NCBI GenBank assembly: GCA_945871805.1
Contig: CAMBXE010000001.1
Coordinates: forward strand, 14,985-78,984
DNA length: 64,000 nt
From: Rhizobium sp. Q54
GTDB taxonomy: Bacteria; Pseudomonadota; Alphaproteobacteria; Rickettsiales; UBA1997
Direction: 5' to 3'
In this document: positions 1 to 9,304 of the stretch, piece by piece
How the letters are laid out: every line of letters starts with the position of its first letter
How positions within the stretch are numbered: the first letter of the stretch is position 1
Notes under the pieces: model-generated
What the model was told of the DNA's origin: nothing
Seen by the model: only the letters and a program-made list of their open reading frames with translations
Databases searched by the model: none
Made by a program: the position numbers and the translations under genes

Positions 1-11
1 TAACGCTAAAA

Positions 12-734
12 GTGGCCCAAGATTTTGATGATCCTAAGTATAAAAAGGGAGTGAGTGAAAAAGTTAGAAACGCTTTAAATCAAATGGATTCATCTGATCA
101 AGACAGCTCTAGAGGTAAGGGTTCAACTGAAGGTATTATTAATAACGCTGTGAAGGCTTTAGGAAAGGATTGTGCCCCAGATGAGTTGGACTCAATGATC
201 GCTGGCGTTATAACAAGAGTATCTAAATCTTTAATAAAAGGCGCTCAGTCTTGTGGTTTTAATGAAGATGTTTCGGAAGCAATGGTCGCTGGTCCAAACG
301 GTATTTTAAAAGCTTCCGCTGGTTATGCTGCGAAATCCGGCAAAACCTTTCTCGAGCTAAAGAATGCAGTTACCAGCATGGATGGAACAACGCAGGCTGC
401 TCTTGCTATTGGAGAAGTTGGCACCGGAAGAACTCTAGATCAGCTTTGGGATCAGGCTATGAAAGCTGCAGTTATAAGAGGGAAGCAAATGGGCGATCCT
501 TTGGGATACTCTCTGGCAGAAGCTTCTTCAGCTCTTGATACTGCGATCGCTCAGAAAAAAGACATGTCTCTTTATAAAAAGCCGATGGCCGTATTGTATA
601 ACGGTCTAAGACAAGTATTCGATTTGATTTCGCCAGCGCCTACTACGTCAAAAGCGGGAGATAATTTTAGTGCTATCGGACTAGATGGTAAAGGTCCTGA
701 TAATGCAAAAGGTGGCGGACGGGGTCAGGGATAA
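12..734 (+). CDS. hypothetical Ala/Gly/Ser-rich protein, probably 5'-truncated by the window edge
   Basis: Reading frame is open from nt 3 to the edge, and the track start is only a GTG. I recognise no motif. C-terminus is KGGGRGQG. A hairpin plus T-tract follows. Confidence 0.5.
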   Translation: MAQDFDDPKYKKGVSEKVRNALNQMDSSDQDSSRGKGSTEGIINNAVKALGKDCAPDELDSMIAGVITRVSKSLIKGAQSCGFNEDVSEAMVAGPNGILKASAGYAAKSGKTFLELKNAVTSMDGTTQAALAIGEVGTGRTLDQLWDQAMKAAVIRGKQMGDPLGYSLAEASSALDTAIAQKKDMSLYKKPMAVLYNGLRQVFDLISPAPTTSKAGDNFSAIGLDGKGPDNAKGGGRGQG

Positions 735-755
735 GTTGTATCTCTATAAATCCAT

Positions 756-800
756 ATCCGGTAAAAGTTTCATCAGCTTTTCCGGATCGCGGATTTTTTT
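756..800 (+). terminator. putative Rho-independent terminator
   Basis: atccggtaaaag (756-767) pairs with cttttccggat (777-787) with one bulge. T7 run at 794-800. Confidence 0.5.
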
Positions 801-864
801 GATGACAATCTGACGATTCTGTAAAAAATTCCCCCTTACGCACTTCACTCAAACAATTTCAGTT

Positions 865-1899
865 TTGTCAAAAACAGCAATAATTCTCTTCAATCTCGGC
901 GGACCAGATAAATTGGAATCAGTCAAGCCCTTCTTGTTCAACCTATTCAACGATAGCGCGATCATCAAATTGCCGCAGCCTTTGCGTTTTATATTGGCGA
1001 AGCTGATCTCAACTTTGCGTTTTCCTAAAGCAAAAAAGATTTACGAATCGATCGGCGGCTCATCTCCACTGCTTTCTTTCACTAATTCCCAAGTCCACGC
1101 ACTTGAGCAAGAACTTTCATTTTTCGGAAATTTTAAAGTTTTTATCTCGATGCGTTACTGGCATCCATTCGCATCCGAGGTAATAAAAAAACTTCACGAA
1201 TATTCTCCGGATCAAATCGTTTTACTGCCGCTTTATCCGCAATTCTCGAGTGCAACTTCTAATTCTTCTTTGGAGGATTTTTTGCGCAGATTGCCGCGCG
1301 AAACCAAAGCCAAAGTAATTTGCTGCTACCCAACAGATCCAGATTTCATCTTGGCCCACACCAACTTAATCAAACAAAAAATTGTCGGACAAAATTTCTC
1401 CGAATTACGTTTTTTATTTTCTGCCCACGGCTTGCCGCAGAGCTTAATTGACGAGGGAGATCCCTACGTTTCTCACGTTGAAAAAAGTGTCGCTGAAATC
1501 GTAAAAAATTTTCCGCCTGAAATGGATTTCTGTATTTGTTACCAATCAAAAGTAGGTCCAAAAAAATGGACTTCACCTAACTTAGAACAAGAGCTTCATC
1601 GAGTTGTTCTCGACAAAAAAACCCCAGTAATCGTGCCGATTTCTTTCGTTGCCGATAATTCCGAAACTCTTTTTGAACTCGATATTCTTTACAAAGATTT
1701 TGTCGCAGATTTGGGTGTAAAAAAATATCTCCGCGTCGCAACTCTAAACAATAGTGGCATCTTCATCAAAAGCCTTGCTGAGATTTGTAAAAATGCCGTA
1801 AAAGACGATTCAGCTAAGGTTTTTTGTGGTAAAAATCCGCAAAGAATTTGTGAGAAAAAATTTAAATATTGTCCAAATCAAAACCACCGCGAAGCGTGA
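865..1899 (+). CDS. hemH: ferrochelatase
   Basis: 344 aa with the typical N-terminus TAIILFNLGGPD and ferrochelatase-like layout throughout. TTG start in the track. Confidence 0.9.
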   Translation: MSKTAIILFNLGGPDKLESVKPFLFNLFNDSAIIKLPQPLRFILAKLISTLRFPKAKKIYESIGGSSPLLSFTNSQVHALEQELSFFGNFKVFISMRYWHPFASEVIKKLHEYSPDQIVLLPLYPQFSSATSNSSLEDFLRRLPRETKAKVICCYPTDPDFILAHTNLIKQKIVGQNFSELRFLFSAHGLPQSLIDEGDPYVSHVEKSVAEIVKNFPPEMDFCICYQSKVGPKKWTSPNLEQELHRVVLDKKTPVIVPISFVADNSETLFELDILYKDFVADLGVKKYLRVATLNNSGIFIKSLAEICKNAVKDDSAKVFCGKNPQRICEKKFKYCPNQNHREA

Positions 1900-2327
1900 T
1901 TGTTGTTGATGTAGTAACCAAAAATAAAAAGTGGACAGACAAAGAAAAGCTCGTCGAAAGACTTGCTAAAAAACTTATTTCTTTAACTAAATCTGATGCG
2001 CAAGAGCTCGCGATTTCTTTGGTCTCTGACCGCCAAATGAAAAAAATTAATTTTCAGTTTCGCGACAAAAATAAGCCGACTAATGTTTTATCTTTTCCGG
2101 CCTTTGACCGGTTATTTCTTGGCGATATTGTAATCGCCTACGAAACTCTGGAGCGCGAAGCAAAAGAGCAAAAAAAGAAATTCAACGATCACCTGACACA
2201 CCTAATTTTGCACAGCATCCTTCATCTTCTTGGCCATGATCACGAAGAAGAAAAAATGGCGCAGAAAATGGAAAAATTAGAAATTAAAATTCTCAAACAA
2301 CTCGACATCGAGAACCCCTACAAATGA
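1869..2327 (+). CDS. ybeY: rRNA maturation endoribonuclease YbeY
   Basis: Zn-binding motif HSILHLLGHDH. The real start may be the GTG at 1896, which overlaps the hemH stop (GTGA). Confidence 0.9.
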   Translation: MSKSKPPRSVIVVDVVTKNKKWTDKEKLVERLAKKLISLTKSDAQELAISLVSDRQMKKINFQFRDKNKPTNVLSFPAFDRLFLGDIVIAYETLEREAKEQKKKFNDHLTHLILHSILHLLGHDHEEEKMAQKMEKLEIKILKQLDIENPYK

Positions 2328-3151
2328 CAAAGCGCAGACTAAGTTTTCTCTCTAATCTCCTCGGCAAAAAAACCAAAAAATCTTTCGCCTCGGCAATTTC
2401 TTACGTGGTAGAAAGTTACGATAATACTGGCCTTATCAGCCCAGAAGAAAAAAAAATGTTAAAAAATGTCATCGCCTTTGGTGACAAGAAAGTTGTAAGC
2501 GTGATGACGCCGCGCTCGGACATCGTTTCCGTAAATCAAGAAGCTGATTTGAACGAGATCAAGAGAGTAATCGCCTCTGACGGCCACACTCGCATTCCAG
2601 TTTTTAAAAAAGATTTCGACAACATCGTTGGATTTATTCACAGCAAAGATTTGGCGAAATTTATTGGCAATAGTGACGAGGATTTTTCGCTGACAAAAAT
2701 TTTGCGTAAAATTCTTTTTGTTCCGGGCTCGATGAAGCTGCTCGATGTGCTGTTTCGCATGCGCATGGCGCAGGTTCACGTCGCCATCGTGCTCGATGAA
2801 TTTGGTAGCGCAGATGGCTTGGTAACGATTGAAAATTTAGTAGAAGAAATCGTCGGCGACATCGAAGACGAGCATGATTTACCGACAGAAGATGCCTTTT
2901 CTCGCGTGCGAAAAATCGGTGAAAATAAATTTGAATTTGGTGGTCGAGTTGAGATCGAAAAATTTGAAGAGGTGCTACAAAGAAAAATCGAGCGAGACGA
3001 CAATGAGTTCGCAACCGTCGGTGGCTTTGTGTTGACGCTGTTCAATCAAGTGCCAGAGATCGATCAGAAAATTGAGCGAAATGGTTTAAAAATTAAAATC
3101 ATCGATGCCGATGAGCGGGCAGTGAAGCTGATTGAAGTCGTAAGTTTCTAG
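2324..3151 (+). CDS. CBS-pair / CorC_HlyC domain protein (CorC/TlyC family)
   Basis: VMTPRSDIVSV, tandem CBS-like segments and a C-terminal transporter-associated domain. ATGA overlap with ybeY, the usual ybeY-corC synteny. Confidence 0.85.
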   Translation: MTKRRLSFLSNLLGKKTKKSFASAISYVVESYDNTGLISPEEKKMLKNVIAFGDKKVVSVMTPRSDIVSVNQEADLNEIKRVIASDGHTRIPVFKKDFDNIVGFIHSKDLAKFIGNSDEDFSLTKILRKILFVPGSMKLLDVLFRMRMAQVHVAIVLDEFGSADGLVTIENLVEEIVGDIEDEHDLPTEDAFSRVRKIGENKFEFGGRVEIEKFEEVLQRKIERDDNEFATVGGFVLTLFNQVPEIDQKIERNGLKIKIIDADERAVKLIEVVSF

Positions 3152-3158
3152 TCTCTTC

Positions 3159-3186
3159 CTGGATTCCCGTGAAGGCAGGAATCCAG
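3159..3186. repeat. REP-like hairpin (ctggattcc-N10-ggaatccag)
   Basis: 9-bp inverted repeat between the convergent corC-like and gltA stops. Related to the ATCCCC-N8-GGGGAT units elsewhere in the window. Confidence 0.7.
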
Positions 3187-3194
3187 AAAAACAT

Positions 3195-4484
3195 TTAGCG
3201 ATTACCAATTTCAACGTAATCCCTTTTGACCTGTCCAGTATAGAGCTGGCGCGGTCTGCCAATTTTAAAGGCCGGGTCTTCAATCATTTCTTTCCACTGA
3301 GAAATCCAGCCAGCTGAACGCGCAATGGCGAAAATTACTGTGAATAAATTAGCCGGAATTCCGAGCGCTTTATAGATGATTCCAGAGTAAAAATCGACAT
3401 TCGGGAAAAGTTTTCTTGAGACAAAATATTCGTCATTAAGCGCAATTTTTTCGAGCTCAACCGCAATACTTAAAAGCGGATCATTCTTGATTCCAAGCTC
3501 AGCCAAAACTTCGTCACAAGATTTTTTCAACACCGCCGCGCGTGGATCATAATTTTTGTAAACACGATGGCCAAAACCCATCAGGCGGAAGGAATCGTTT
3601 TTATCTTTCGCCCGCGCGATGAATTCTGGAATGCGATCTTTAGTGCCAATTTCTTGTAACATCTCGATCACTTCCTCATTCGCGCCGCCATGTGCGGGGC
3701 CCCAAAGCGAAGAAATCCCTGCGCCGATGCAAGCAAATGGGTTAGCACCAGATGATCCGGCAAGGCGCACAGTAGAAGTCGAAGCATTTTGTTCGTGATC
3801 AGCATGCAAGACGAAAATCATTTCCATCGCCTTGGCGATTACTGGCGTAACTTTGTGCGGATAATTTGGCTTATCAAAAAGCATGTGGAGAAAATTTTCA
3901 GCAAATCCGTATTCTTTATTTGGATACATCAATGGCTCGCCGATCGAGTATTTGTAAGCCATCGCCGCGAGTGTCGGCATTTTGGAAATAATTTTGTAAA
4001 CCACGTCCATGCGACCTTCTGGCGTGTGAACATCCATTGTTTCGTGGTAGAAAGCAGAAAGAGATGCAACCGATCCAACCAAGATGGCCATTGGGTGCGC
4101 GCGCCTCGGGAAGCCGCGCAGAAGAATACCAATTTGTTCGTGAACGAGCATGTTGCGAATGATGCCGCTTCTGAATTCGCGGTACTGCGTCGCGTTGGGC
4201 AAATCGTGATTTAACAACAAATAAGCTACTTCAAGAAACTCGCTTTTCTTCGCCAGCTCTTCGATTGAATATCCGCCGTGCCTTAGAAATCCTTGATCGC
4301 CGTCGATAAAAGTAATTTTTGATTCGCATGAAGCTGTAGATAAAAATCCCGGATCATAAGTGAACATTCCGCTTTCTTTGTAGAGCGCCGAAATGTCGAT
4401 CACATCTTGCCCAACAGAGGCTTTACGAATTGGTAGAGAAATTTCCTTACCATTTGGGAGCGTTAATTTAGCGGATTCGGACAT
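3195..4484 (-). CDS. gltA: citrate synthase
   Basis: Signature [15 protein letters not shown] prefer the ATG at 4484 ([12 protein letters not shown]) over the track start at 4532. Confidence 0.95.
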   Translation of the reverse strand: MSESAKLTLPNGKEISLPIRKASVGQDVIDISALYKESGMFTYDPGFLSTASCESKITFIDGDQGFLRHGGYSIEELAKKSEFLEVAYLLLNHDLPNATQYREFRSGIIRNMLVHEQIGILLRGFPRRAHPMAILVGSVASLSAFYHETMDVHTPEGRMDVVYKIISKMPTLAAMAYKYSIGEPLMYPNKEYGFAENFLHMLFDKPNYPHKVTPVIAKAMEMIFVLHADHEQNASTSTVRLAGSSGANPFACIGAGISSLWGPAHGGANEEVIEMLQEIGTKDRIPEFIARAKDKNDSFRLMGFGHRVYKNYDPRAAVLKKSCDEVLAELGIKNDPLLSIAVELEKIALNDEYFVSRKLFPNVDFYSGIIYKALGIPANLFTVIFAIARSAGWISQWKEMIEDPAFKIGRPRQLYTGQVKRDYVEIGNR

Positions 4485-4546
4485 AGATTTTTGATTTAAG
4501 ATTTGAGAGTTTGTCGGCTTCCTAAATACCAAAATGTTAATGTTAA

Positions 4547-5662
4547 ATGGTTAATTCCTTGGGCTTCCCAAAATCAGAAAAAGATACCCGCGTTGTCGTT
4601 GCAATGTCCGGAGGGGTCGATTCTTCCGTTGTCGCCTGCCTGCTGAAAGAGCAAGGCTACGAGGTGATCGGCATCACTTTGCAGCTTTACGACATGGGCG
4701 ATGCGCTGAAAAAAAAGAATGCCTGTTGTGCTGGCGTGGATATTTACGACGCCAAAAAAATCGCCGAAAAATTCGATTTTCCGCATTATGTTTTGAACTA
4801 CCAAAATCTTTTCAAAGAGTCGGTGATTGATGATTTTGCGGATTCTTATTTGCAGGGCGAAACGCCAATTCCCTGCATTAAATGTAATCAGTCCGTGAAG
4901 TTTCGTGATTTGCTAAAAACCGCGCGCGACCTTGGCGCAGACTGTCTTGCGACCGGTCACTACGTACAAAGGTTGGTCGGAAAAAATGACGAAGCAGAAA
5001 TGCACAAAGCGGTCGATGAAGACAAAGATCAGAGTTATTTTTTATTTGCGACGACAAAAGATCAGCTCGAATTTTTGCGTTTTCCACTCGGCGGAAATAA
5101 AAAAGAAAAGACGCGCGAAGAGGCTCTGCGCCTAGGTTTAGAGGTGGCAAATAAGCCTGATTCGCAAGATATTTGTTTCGTACCAAATGGTGATTACGCC
5201 GAAGTAATCAAGCGTCACCGTCCGCAAGCTTTCAAGCCTGGTGACTTCATTCACGTCGAAACAAAAAAGATTTTAGGCCGGCATGAAGGCATTATTAACT
5301 TCACTTTGGGTCAAAGACGCGGCCTTGGTATTTCTTATCCCGAGCCGCTTTACGTAGTGAAGATTGATCCAAAAGAAAATGCGGTTTTCGTCGGTGAAGA
5401 AAAGTTTTTACAGAATCACAAATTTAAAATTCGTGATTTGAATTGGTTTTCTAAGACTTTGCCGGGCGCAGAAATTAAAGCTCATGTTCGCCTTCGCTCA
5501 AATCACGCAGAAGAGCCAGCGACAATAAAAATTTTAGAAAATGGCGACGCAGAAGTTGAAATGAAATCAATGACGCGCGCGATTACCCCGGGCCAAGCAT
5601 GTGTGATCTACCAAGATTCTCACGTGCTTGGCGGCGGCTGGATAACTAAAGAAATCGAGTAA
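4547..5662 (+). CDS. mnmA: tRNA 2-thiouridine(34) synthase
   Basis: PP-loop [13 protein letters not shown], catalytic Cys region PCIKCN, 371 aa. Confidence 0.95.
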   Translation: MVNSLGFPKSEKDTRVVVAMSGGVDSSVVACLLKEQGYEVIGITLQLYDMGDALKKKNACCAGVDIYDAKKIAEKFDFPHYVLNYQNLFKESVIDDFADSYLQGETPIPCIKCNQSVKFRDLLKTARDLGADCLATGHYVQRLVGKNDEAEMHKAVDEDKDQSYFLFATTKDQLEFLRFPLGGNKKEKTREEALRLGLEVANKPDSQDICFVPNGDYAEVIKRHRPQAFKPGDFIHVETKKILGRHEGIINFTLGQRRGLGISYPEPLYVVKIDPKENAVFVGEEKFLQNHKFKIRDLNWFSKTLPGAEIKAHVRLRSNHAEEPATIKILENGDAEVEMKSMTRAITPGQACVIYQDSHVLGGGWITKEIE

Positions 5663-5668
5663 ATACAT

Positions 5669-5737
5669 CCGCCGGTTGAGCGAAGTCGAAACCTTTAGAG
5701 CCTTATTCGAGAGGTTTCGACTTCGCTCAACCGGCGG
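5669..5737. repeat. family-B perfect hairpin repeat (25-bp stem)
   Basis: ccgccggttgagcgaagtcgaaacc (5669-5693) is the exact reverse complement of 5713-5737, with a 19-nt loop. Related copies at 58780 and 63038. Confidence 0.9.
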
Positions 5738-5763
5738 GTGTGTTTACTAAAAAACTAAAAAAA

Positions 5764-6363
5764 ATGTCTGAAAAAAAACTTCCCCTAAACGTTCCATTCA
5801 AAAAATTTTCTGAATGGTTTGAAAAAGCTGGCGCAACAAAAGAAATCATCGAGCCAACGGCGGTCTGCCTTGCAACCGTTTCTGAAAATGGTCACCCTTC
5901 GTCACGAATGGTTTTGCTAAAAAATTTCGACGAGCGCGGTTTTTGTTTTTTCACAAATTTAACCAGTCGCAAAGGCAAAGAACTCTCGCAAAATCTCAAT
6001 GTCGCACTTTGTTTTTACTGGGGAATTCTCGGTCGCCAAATTCGCATCGAAGGCGCAGTTGAAAAAGTTTCGATCGAAGAAGCTGACGATTATTTTGCCT
6101 CACGTCGTCGCGGCAGTCAGATCGGCGCCTGGGCTTCTAAGCAATCGCAAGAGATGAATGAGTGGAGCGAATTCGACGAGCGCATCAAAAAAATTTCTGA
6201 AGATTTCGAAGGTCAAGAAATCCCCCGTCCACCTTTTTGGTCGGGTTTTCGTGTAGTTCCAAAGCTAATTGAATTTTGGGAAGATGGTGAATTTCGCATC
6301 CACCGTCGCGAAGTTTTCGAGCGCGAAATTGATGGCTGGAAAGTGAAAAAAATTTATCCTTAA
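5764..6363 (+). CDS. pdxH: pyridoxamine 5'-phosphate oxidase
   Basis: LATVSENGHPSSRMVLLK...FFTNLTSRKG. ATG at 5764 preferred, because the track GTG at 5740 lies inside the hairpin. Confidence 0.9.
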   Translation: MSEKKLPLNVPFKKFSEWFEKAGATKEIIEPTAVCLATVSENGHPSSRMVLLKNFDERGFCFFTNLTSRKGKELSQNLNVALCFYWGILGRQIRIEGAVEKVSIEEADDYFASRRRGSQIGAWASKQSQEMNEWSEFDERIKKISEDFEGQEIPRPPFWSGFRVVPKLIEFWEDGEFRIHRREVFEREIDGWKVKKIYP

Positions 6364-6421
6364 CCCTCGGATTTGCTGCTCAAAATACAATTTTGAGCAC
6401 CGTGCTCAAAATCTTTTTTCG

Positions 6422-6441
6422 ATCCTCGCCTGTGCGGGGAT
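6422..6441. repeat. REP-like unit (atcctcgc-ctgt-gcggggat)
   Basis: 8-bp stem with one G-T pair. Same family as the arms of the 6757-6873 element. Confidence 0.6.
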
Positions 6442-6471
6442 TCAGAAAAAACCCACCACGCCACACTACAA

Positions 6472-6687
6472 ATGCACATCTACATCCTAGCCAGTAAACG
6501 CAACGGCACCCTCTACACTGGCGTCACCAAAGACTTAGAGCGCAGAATCGTCGAACACAAAACCAAACTCCTCCCCGGATTCACAGAAAAATACGAAGTA
6601 ACAAAACTAGTCTATTGCGAAGAAATCCCCGGCGCGACATCAGCAATCGCCAGAGAAAAACAGATCAAAAAATGGAATCGAAAATGA
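6472..6687 (+). CDS. GIY-YIG nuclease family protein, cut short by an in-frame TGA (possible pseudogene)
   Basis: MHIYILASKRNGTLYTGVT...REKQIKKWNRK then TGA. The same frame continues as KLRLIEEHNPEWKDLSEEW up to 6783. Confidence 0.75.
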   Translation: MHIYILASKRNGTLYTGVTKDLERRIVEHKTKLLPGFTEKYEVTKLVYCEEIPGATSAIAREKQIKKWNRK

Positions 6688-6756
6688 AAGTTGAGGCTAA
6701 TCGAAGAGCACAATCCTGAGTGGAAAGATTTGTCTGAGGAGTGGATGGAAACACCT

Positions 6757-6873
6757 CCTGGATCCCCGCCTGCGCGGGGATGACGCTGAAAGTAACGCGC
6801 TCAATTCTCGTCCCGTCTGAAAGCAATGCACTCAATTCTCGTCCCGTCATCCCCGCGCAGGCGGGGATCCAGG
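6757..6873. repeat. composite palindromic element (29-bp perfect terminal inverted repeats around 2 x 31-bp direct repeats)
   Basis: cctggatccccgcctgcgcggggatgacg (6757-6785) is the exact reverse complement of 6845-6873. Tandem ctgaaag..ctcaattctcgtcccgt units at 6786-6816 and 6817-6847. Confidence 0.9.
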
Positions 6874-6878
6874 AAGGG

Positions 6879-7850
6879 TTAGGTTAATTGCAAATCGTAA
6901 AATCTTTTAATCTCGTCGCGCACATTTTCTTGACCTTGCGTCACGTTGATTTTTGCGCGGAATTCTGCCGAGCCTTTTAGGCCAGAGCTATACCAGCCGA
7001 TGTGTTTTCTTGCGAGTGGAATAGCAGTTTGCTCTCCGTAGTGCTCAATCATTTCTGCGAAGTGATTGAGAACAATTTCTTTTTGCTCGGCGAGTTCGGG
7101 AGTGGGAATTTTTTCTTCACCTTTTAGATCGGCATTAATCTGCGCAATCAACCAAGGTTTGCCGTAAGCGGCTCTGCCGATCATTACTCCATCTGCCTTC
7201 GAGAGCTCGAGCGCTTTTCTTGCATCGTCAGAATTTTTGATGTCGCCATTGGCGATTACGGGAATTTTTACGGCCTCTTTTACGCGTGAAATTAATTCCC
7301 AGTTGGCGCTGCCGTCATACATCTGACAACGGGTGCGGCCGTGAATGGTGAGCATTTGAATGCCAACATTTTCTGCTTTTTTTGCAAGGCTGGGCGAGTT
7401 TAAATTTTCATAATTCCAACCTAAGCGCGTTTTCATCGTTACCGGAATTTTCACGGCCTTAACCACCGCTTCCATGATGCGCGTGGCGAGATCTTCGTCT
7501 TTCATCAAGGCGCTGCCAGCAAAACTATTTACAACTTTTTTGACTGGGCAGCCGAAATTAATGTCGATGATGTCGGCTCCGAGATCTTCATTTAACTTTG
7601 CTGCTTCGGCCATTATTTCTGGATCACAGCCGGCGAGCTGCACCGACATTGGATAAATCGCATCATCCCTTTCGCATTTTTTCAGTGAGTCGCGTGTTTG
7701 CATGATCATTGCACGTGACGCAATCATTTCTGAAATCACCAAAGGCGCGCCGAATTTTTTTACTAAACGACGGAAAGGTAAGTCGGTTACGCCTGACATT
7801 GGCGCCAGAAGGACGTTGCCTGGTAATGTGATATTTCCGATTTGGATCAT
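6879..7850 (-). CDS. dusB: tRNA-dihydrouridine synthase (DusB/NifR3 family)
   Basis: MIQIGNITLPGNVLLAPMSGVTDLPFRRL. ATG at 7850 forms an ATGA overlap with the upstream gene's stop. Confidence 0.9.
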   Translation of the reverse strand: MIQIGNITLPGNVLLAPMSGVTDLPFRRLVKKFGAPLVISEMIASRAMIMQTRDSLKKCERDDAIYPMSVQLAGCDPEIMAEAAKLNEDLGADIIDINFGCPVKKVVNSFAGSALMKDEDLATRIMEAVVKAVKIPVTMKTRLGWNYENLNSPSLAKKAENVGIQMLTIHGRTRCQMYDGSANWELISRVKEAVKIPVIANGDIKNSDDARKALELSKADGVMIGRAAYGKPWLIAQINADLKGEEKIPTPELAEQKEIVLNHFAEMIEHYGEQTAIPLARKHIGWYSSGLKGSAEFRAKINVTQGQENVRDEIKRFYDLQLT

Positions 7851-9304
7851 GCGAAATAAGGAAGGTAATGCCAGTCGCGGCGTAAGTCTTTGGCGTTGGC
7901 ACACTTGATGCGGCCTGCTTTGAGGCAGTCTTGGATTAGGCGTAAAGTTTTGGTTTGTTCGTGATCGCCAAAGGCAAATCTGTGGCGAATCGACTTGTTT
8001 GCCGTTCTTTTGTTACTCACTAAATTCAGGCAAGAGTGTTGAAAAACCGCTTCGATTCTTTCCTCTTTTTCCATCTCACTGAATTTTTTTGGCATGTAGA
8101 GAATGACGCAAAAGTAATCTTGCTCGAGGCGCCATTTTATTGGTGGCAAGACATTTATTTCAATGGAGTTGACTACCTTATCATAACCACTGCCCTTTTC
8201 TTCAGCGAAGTGTGTTTTGCGCATGATGTCGGCTAGTACTTCGTTTCTGGTTTTGGAGGGATGATCGATCAGGCGATCAGACGAGATCTCTGGCAGCAAG
8301 CCTCCTGGATTGGTGATTTCGATACGATCAGAAAAAATATCGACGGTGACGAAACCGTTATTTTGAGTGTAATCGCGATGGATGATGGCATTGGCTAACA
8401 ACTCGCGAATCGCGATTTCTGGCACTAGAGATTCATTGATGCGACTCGCCTTTTTGATTGATTCGCGATGTGAAAGTAATGATAAGATTTTACTCACTGC
8501 ATCATCCAAAGTTAGGGAATAGCCCTGGTTAAAAAAGATATCTCGTTTGGAAGAAATCTTACTGCTTCCGTCATATTCGGTAATGCGGATGGCGAATTTT
8601 TCATATCCCGGGAAGGCGCTAAAATCCTCGGCACAAAGCAAGACACAAAGATTTGTCGGTAAATATTTTCCTTTGGTTTTTAGCAAAAGTTTGTGATGAA
8701 AAAGATGTTCGTTGAGAGCTTCTTTATTGTTGATCGGAGTTGGGTTGGTTCTCTTTACGAATTCGCTGAAATCAAATAAATCGACCCACTTGGATTGGTT
8801 GCTAATCGGTAAAACCGCGGGTAATTCTTCGTAACGCAACATGCGCGACGAAAGCATCGCAGCACGAAGTTCAGGCTCACTCATTTGCCTAGTGTTTCCA
8901 GCAACTCTGATGTAAGAAAATTCTAATCCTTTGTTTTTTAGACTGACCGGTTTTTGCACCGATTCATGAATGTAAGCTGCTAGAAGTAAGCGTCCGGAAT
9001 GTTTGAATTTTACGAATTCAATTTTGATTTCTGGCTTGAGATTGTGTCGCGCTACATTGCTTAAGGATGAGGTAATGTTTTTTATTTCGCCTTCGCTGCC
9101 AACGCCAATTACTTTTCCGTGATCATCAATTCCATAAACCAAAAATCCCCCTCCAGGAAGATTGGCAAAGGCGGAAAGATGTTTGCTGAGTTTCTCCCCG
9201 TTGGAGGATAGCGCCTCTTTCCAATCGAGTTCGTTTAACTCACAAGGAAAAGGAGCTAGACTTTTTTCTATTAATTCGAGGCAGAGACTTTCTAAGTAAT
9301 CCAT
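7847..9304 (-). CDS. AlbA_2 (Schlafen-like) / HATPase_c_4 putative DNA-binding regulator (the 'RecG-like helicase' annotation family)
   Basis: N-terminus LSAFANLPGGGFLVYGIDD. C-terminus RELLANAIIHRDY, IEITNPGGLL and SKTRNEVLADIM..EEKGSGYDKV, all typical of this family. Confidence 0.8.
   Translation of the reverse strand: MDYLESLCLELIEKSLAPFPCELNELDWKEALSSNGEKLSKHLSAFANLPGGGFLVYGIDDHGKVIGVGSEGEIKNITSSLSNVARHNLKPEIKIEFVKFKHSGRLLLAAYIHESVQKPVSLKNKGLEFSYIRVAGNTRQMSEPELRAAMLSSRMLRYEELPAVLPISNQSKWVDLFDFSEFVKRTNPTPINNKEALNEHLFHHKLLLKTKGKYLPTNLCVLLCAEDFSAFPGYEKFAIRITEYDGSSKISSKRDIFFNQGYSLTLDDAVSKILSLLSHRESIKKASRINESLVPEIAIRELLANAIIHRDYTQNNGFVTVDIFSDRIEITNPGGLLPEISSDRLIDHPSKTRNEVLADIMRKTHFAEEKGSGYDKVVNSIEINVLPPIKWRLEQDYFCVILYMPKKFSEMEKEERIEAVFQHSCLNLVSNKRTANKSIRHRFAFGDHEQTKTLRLIQDCLKAGRIKCANAKDLRRDWHYLPYFA

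Noticed and set aside
6472-6783. UGA-to-Trp recoding (as in some reduced alphaproteobacterial symbionts), suggested by the TGA at a Trp position in the GIY-YIG gene
   Set aside because: TGA clearly works as a stop elsewhere, for example at the hemH, ybeY and thrB ends, including ATGA/GTGA start-stop overlaps. All core genes appear full-length in a standard-code ORF track. A point nonsense mutation or a sequencing error is the simpler explanation.
6786-6847. Possible CRISPR-like array (31-bp direct repeats)
   Set aside because: There are only two directly adjacent units with no spacers, enclosed by inverted REP arms, and no cas genes in the window.
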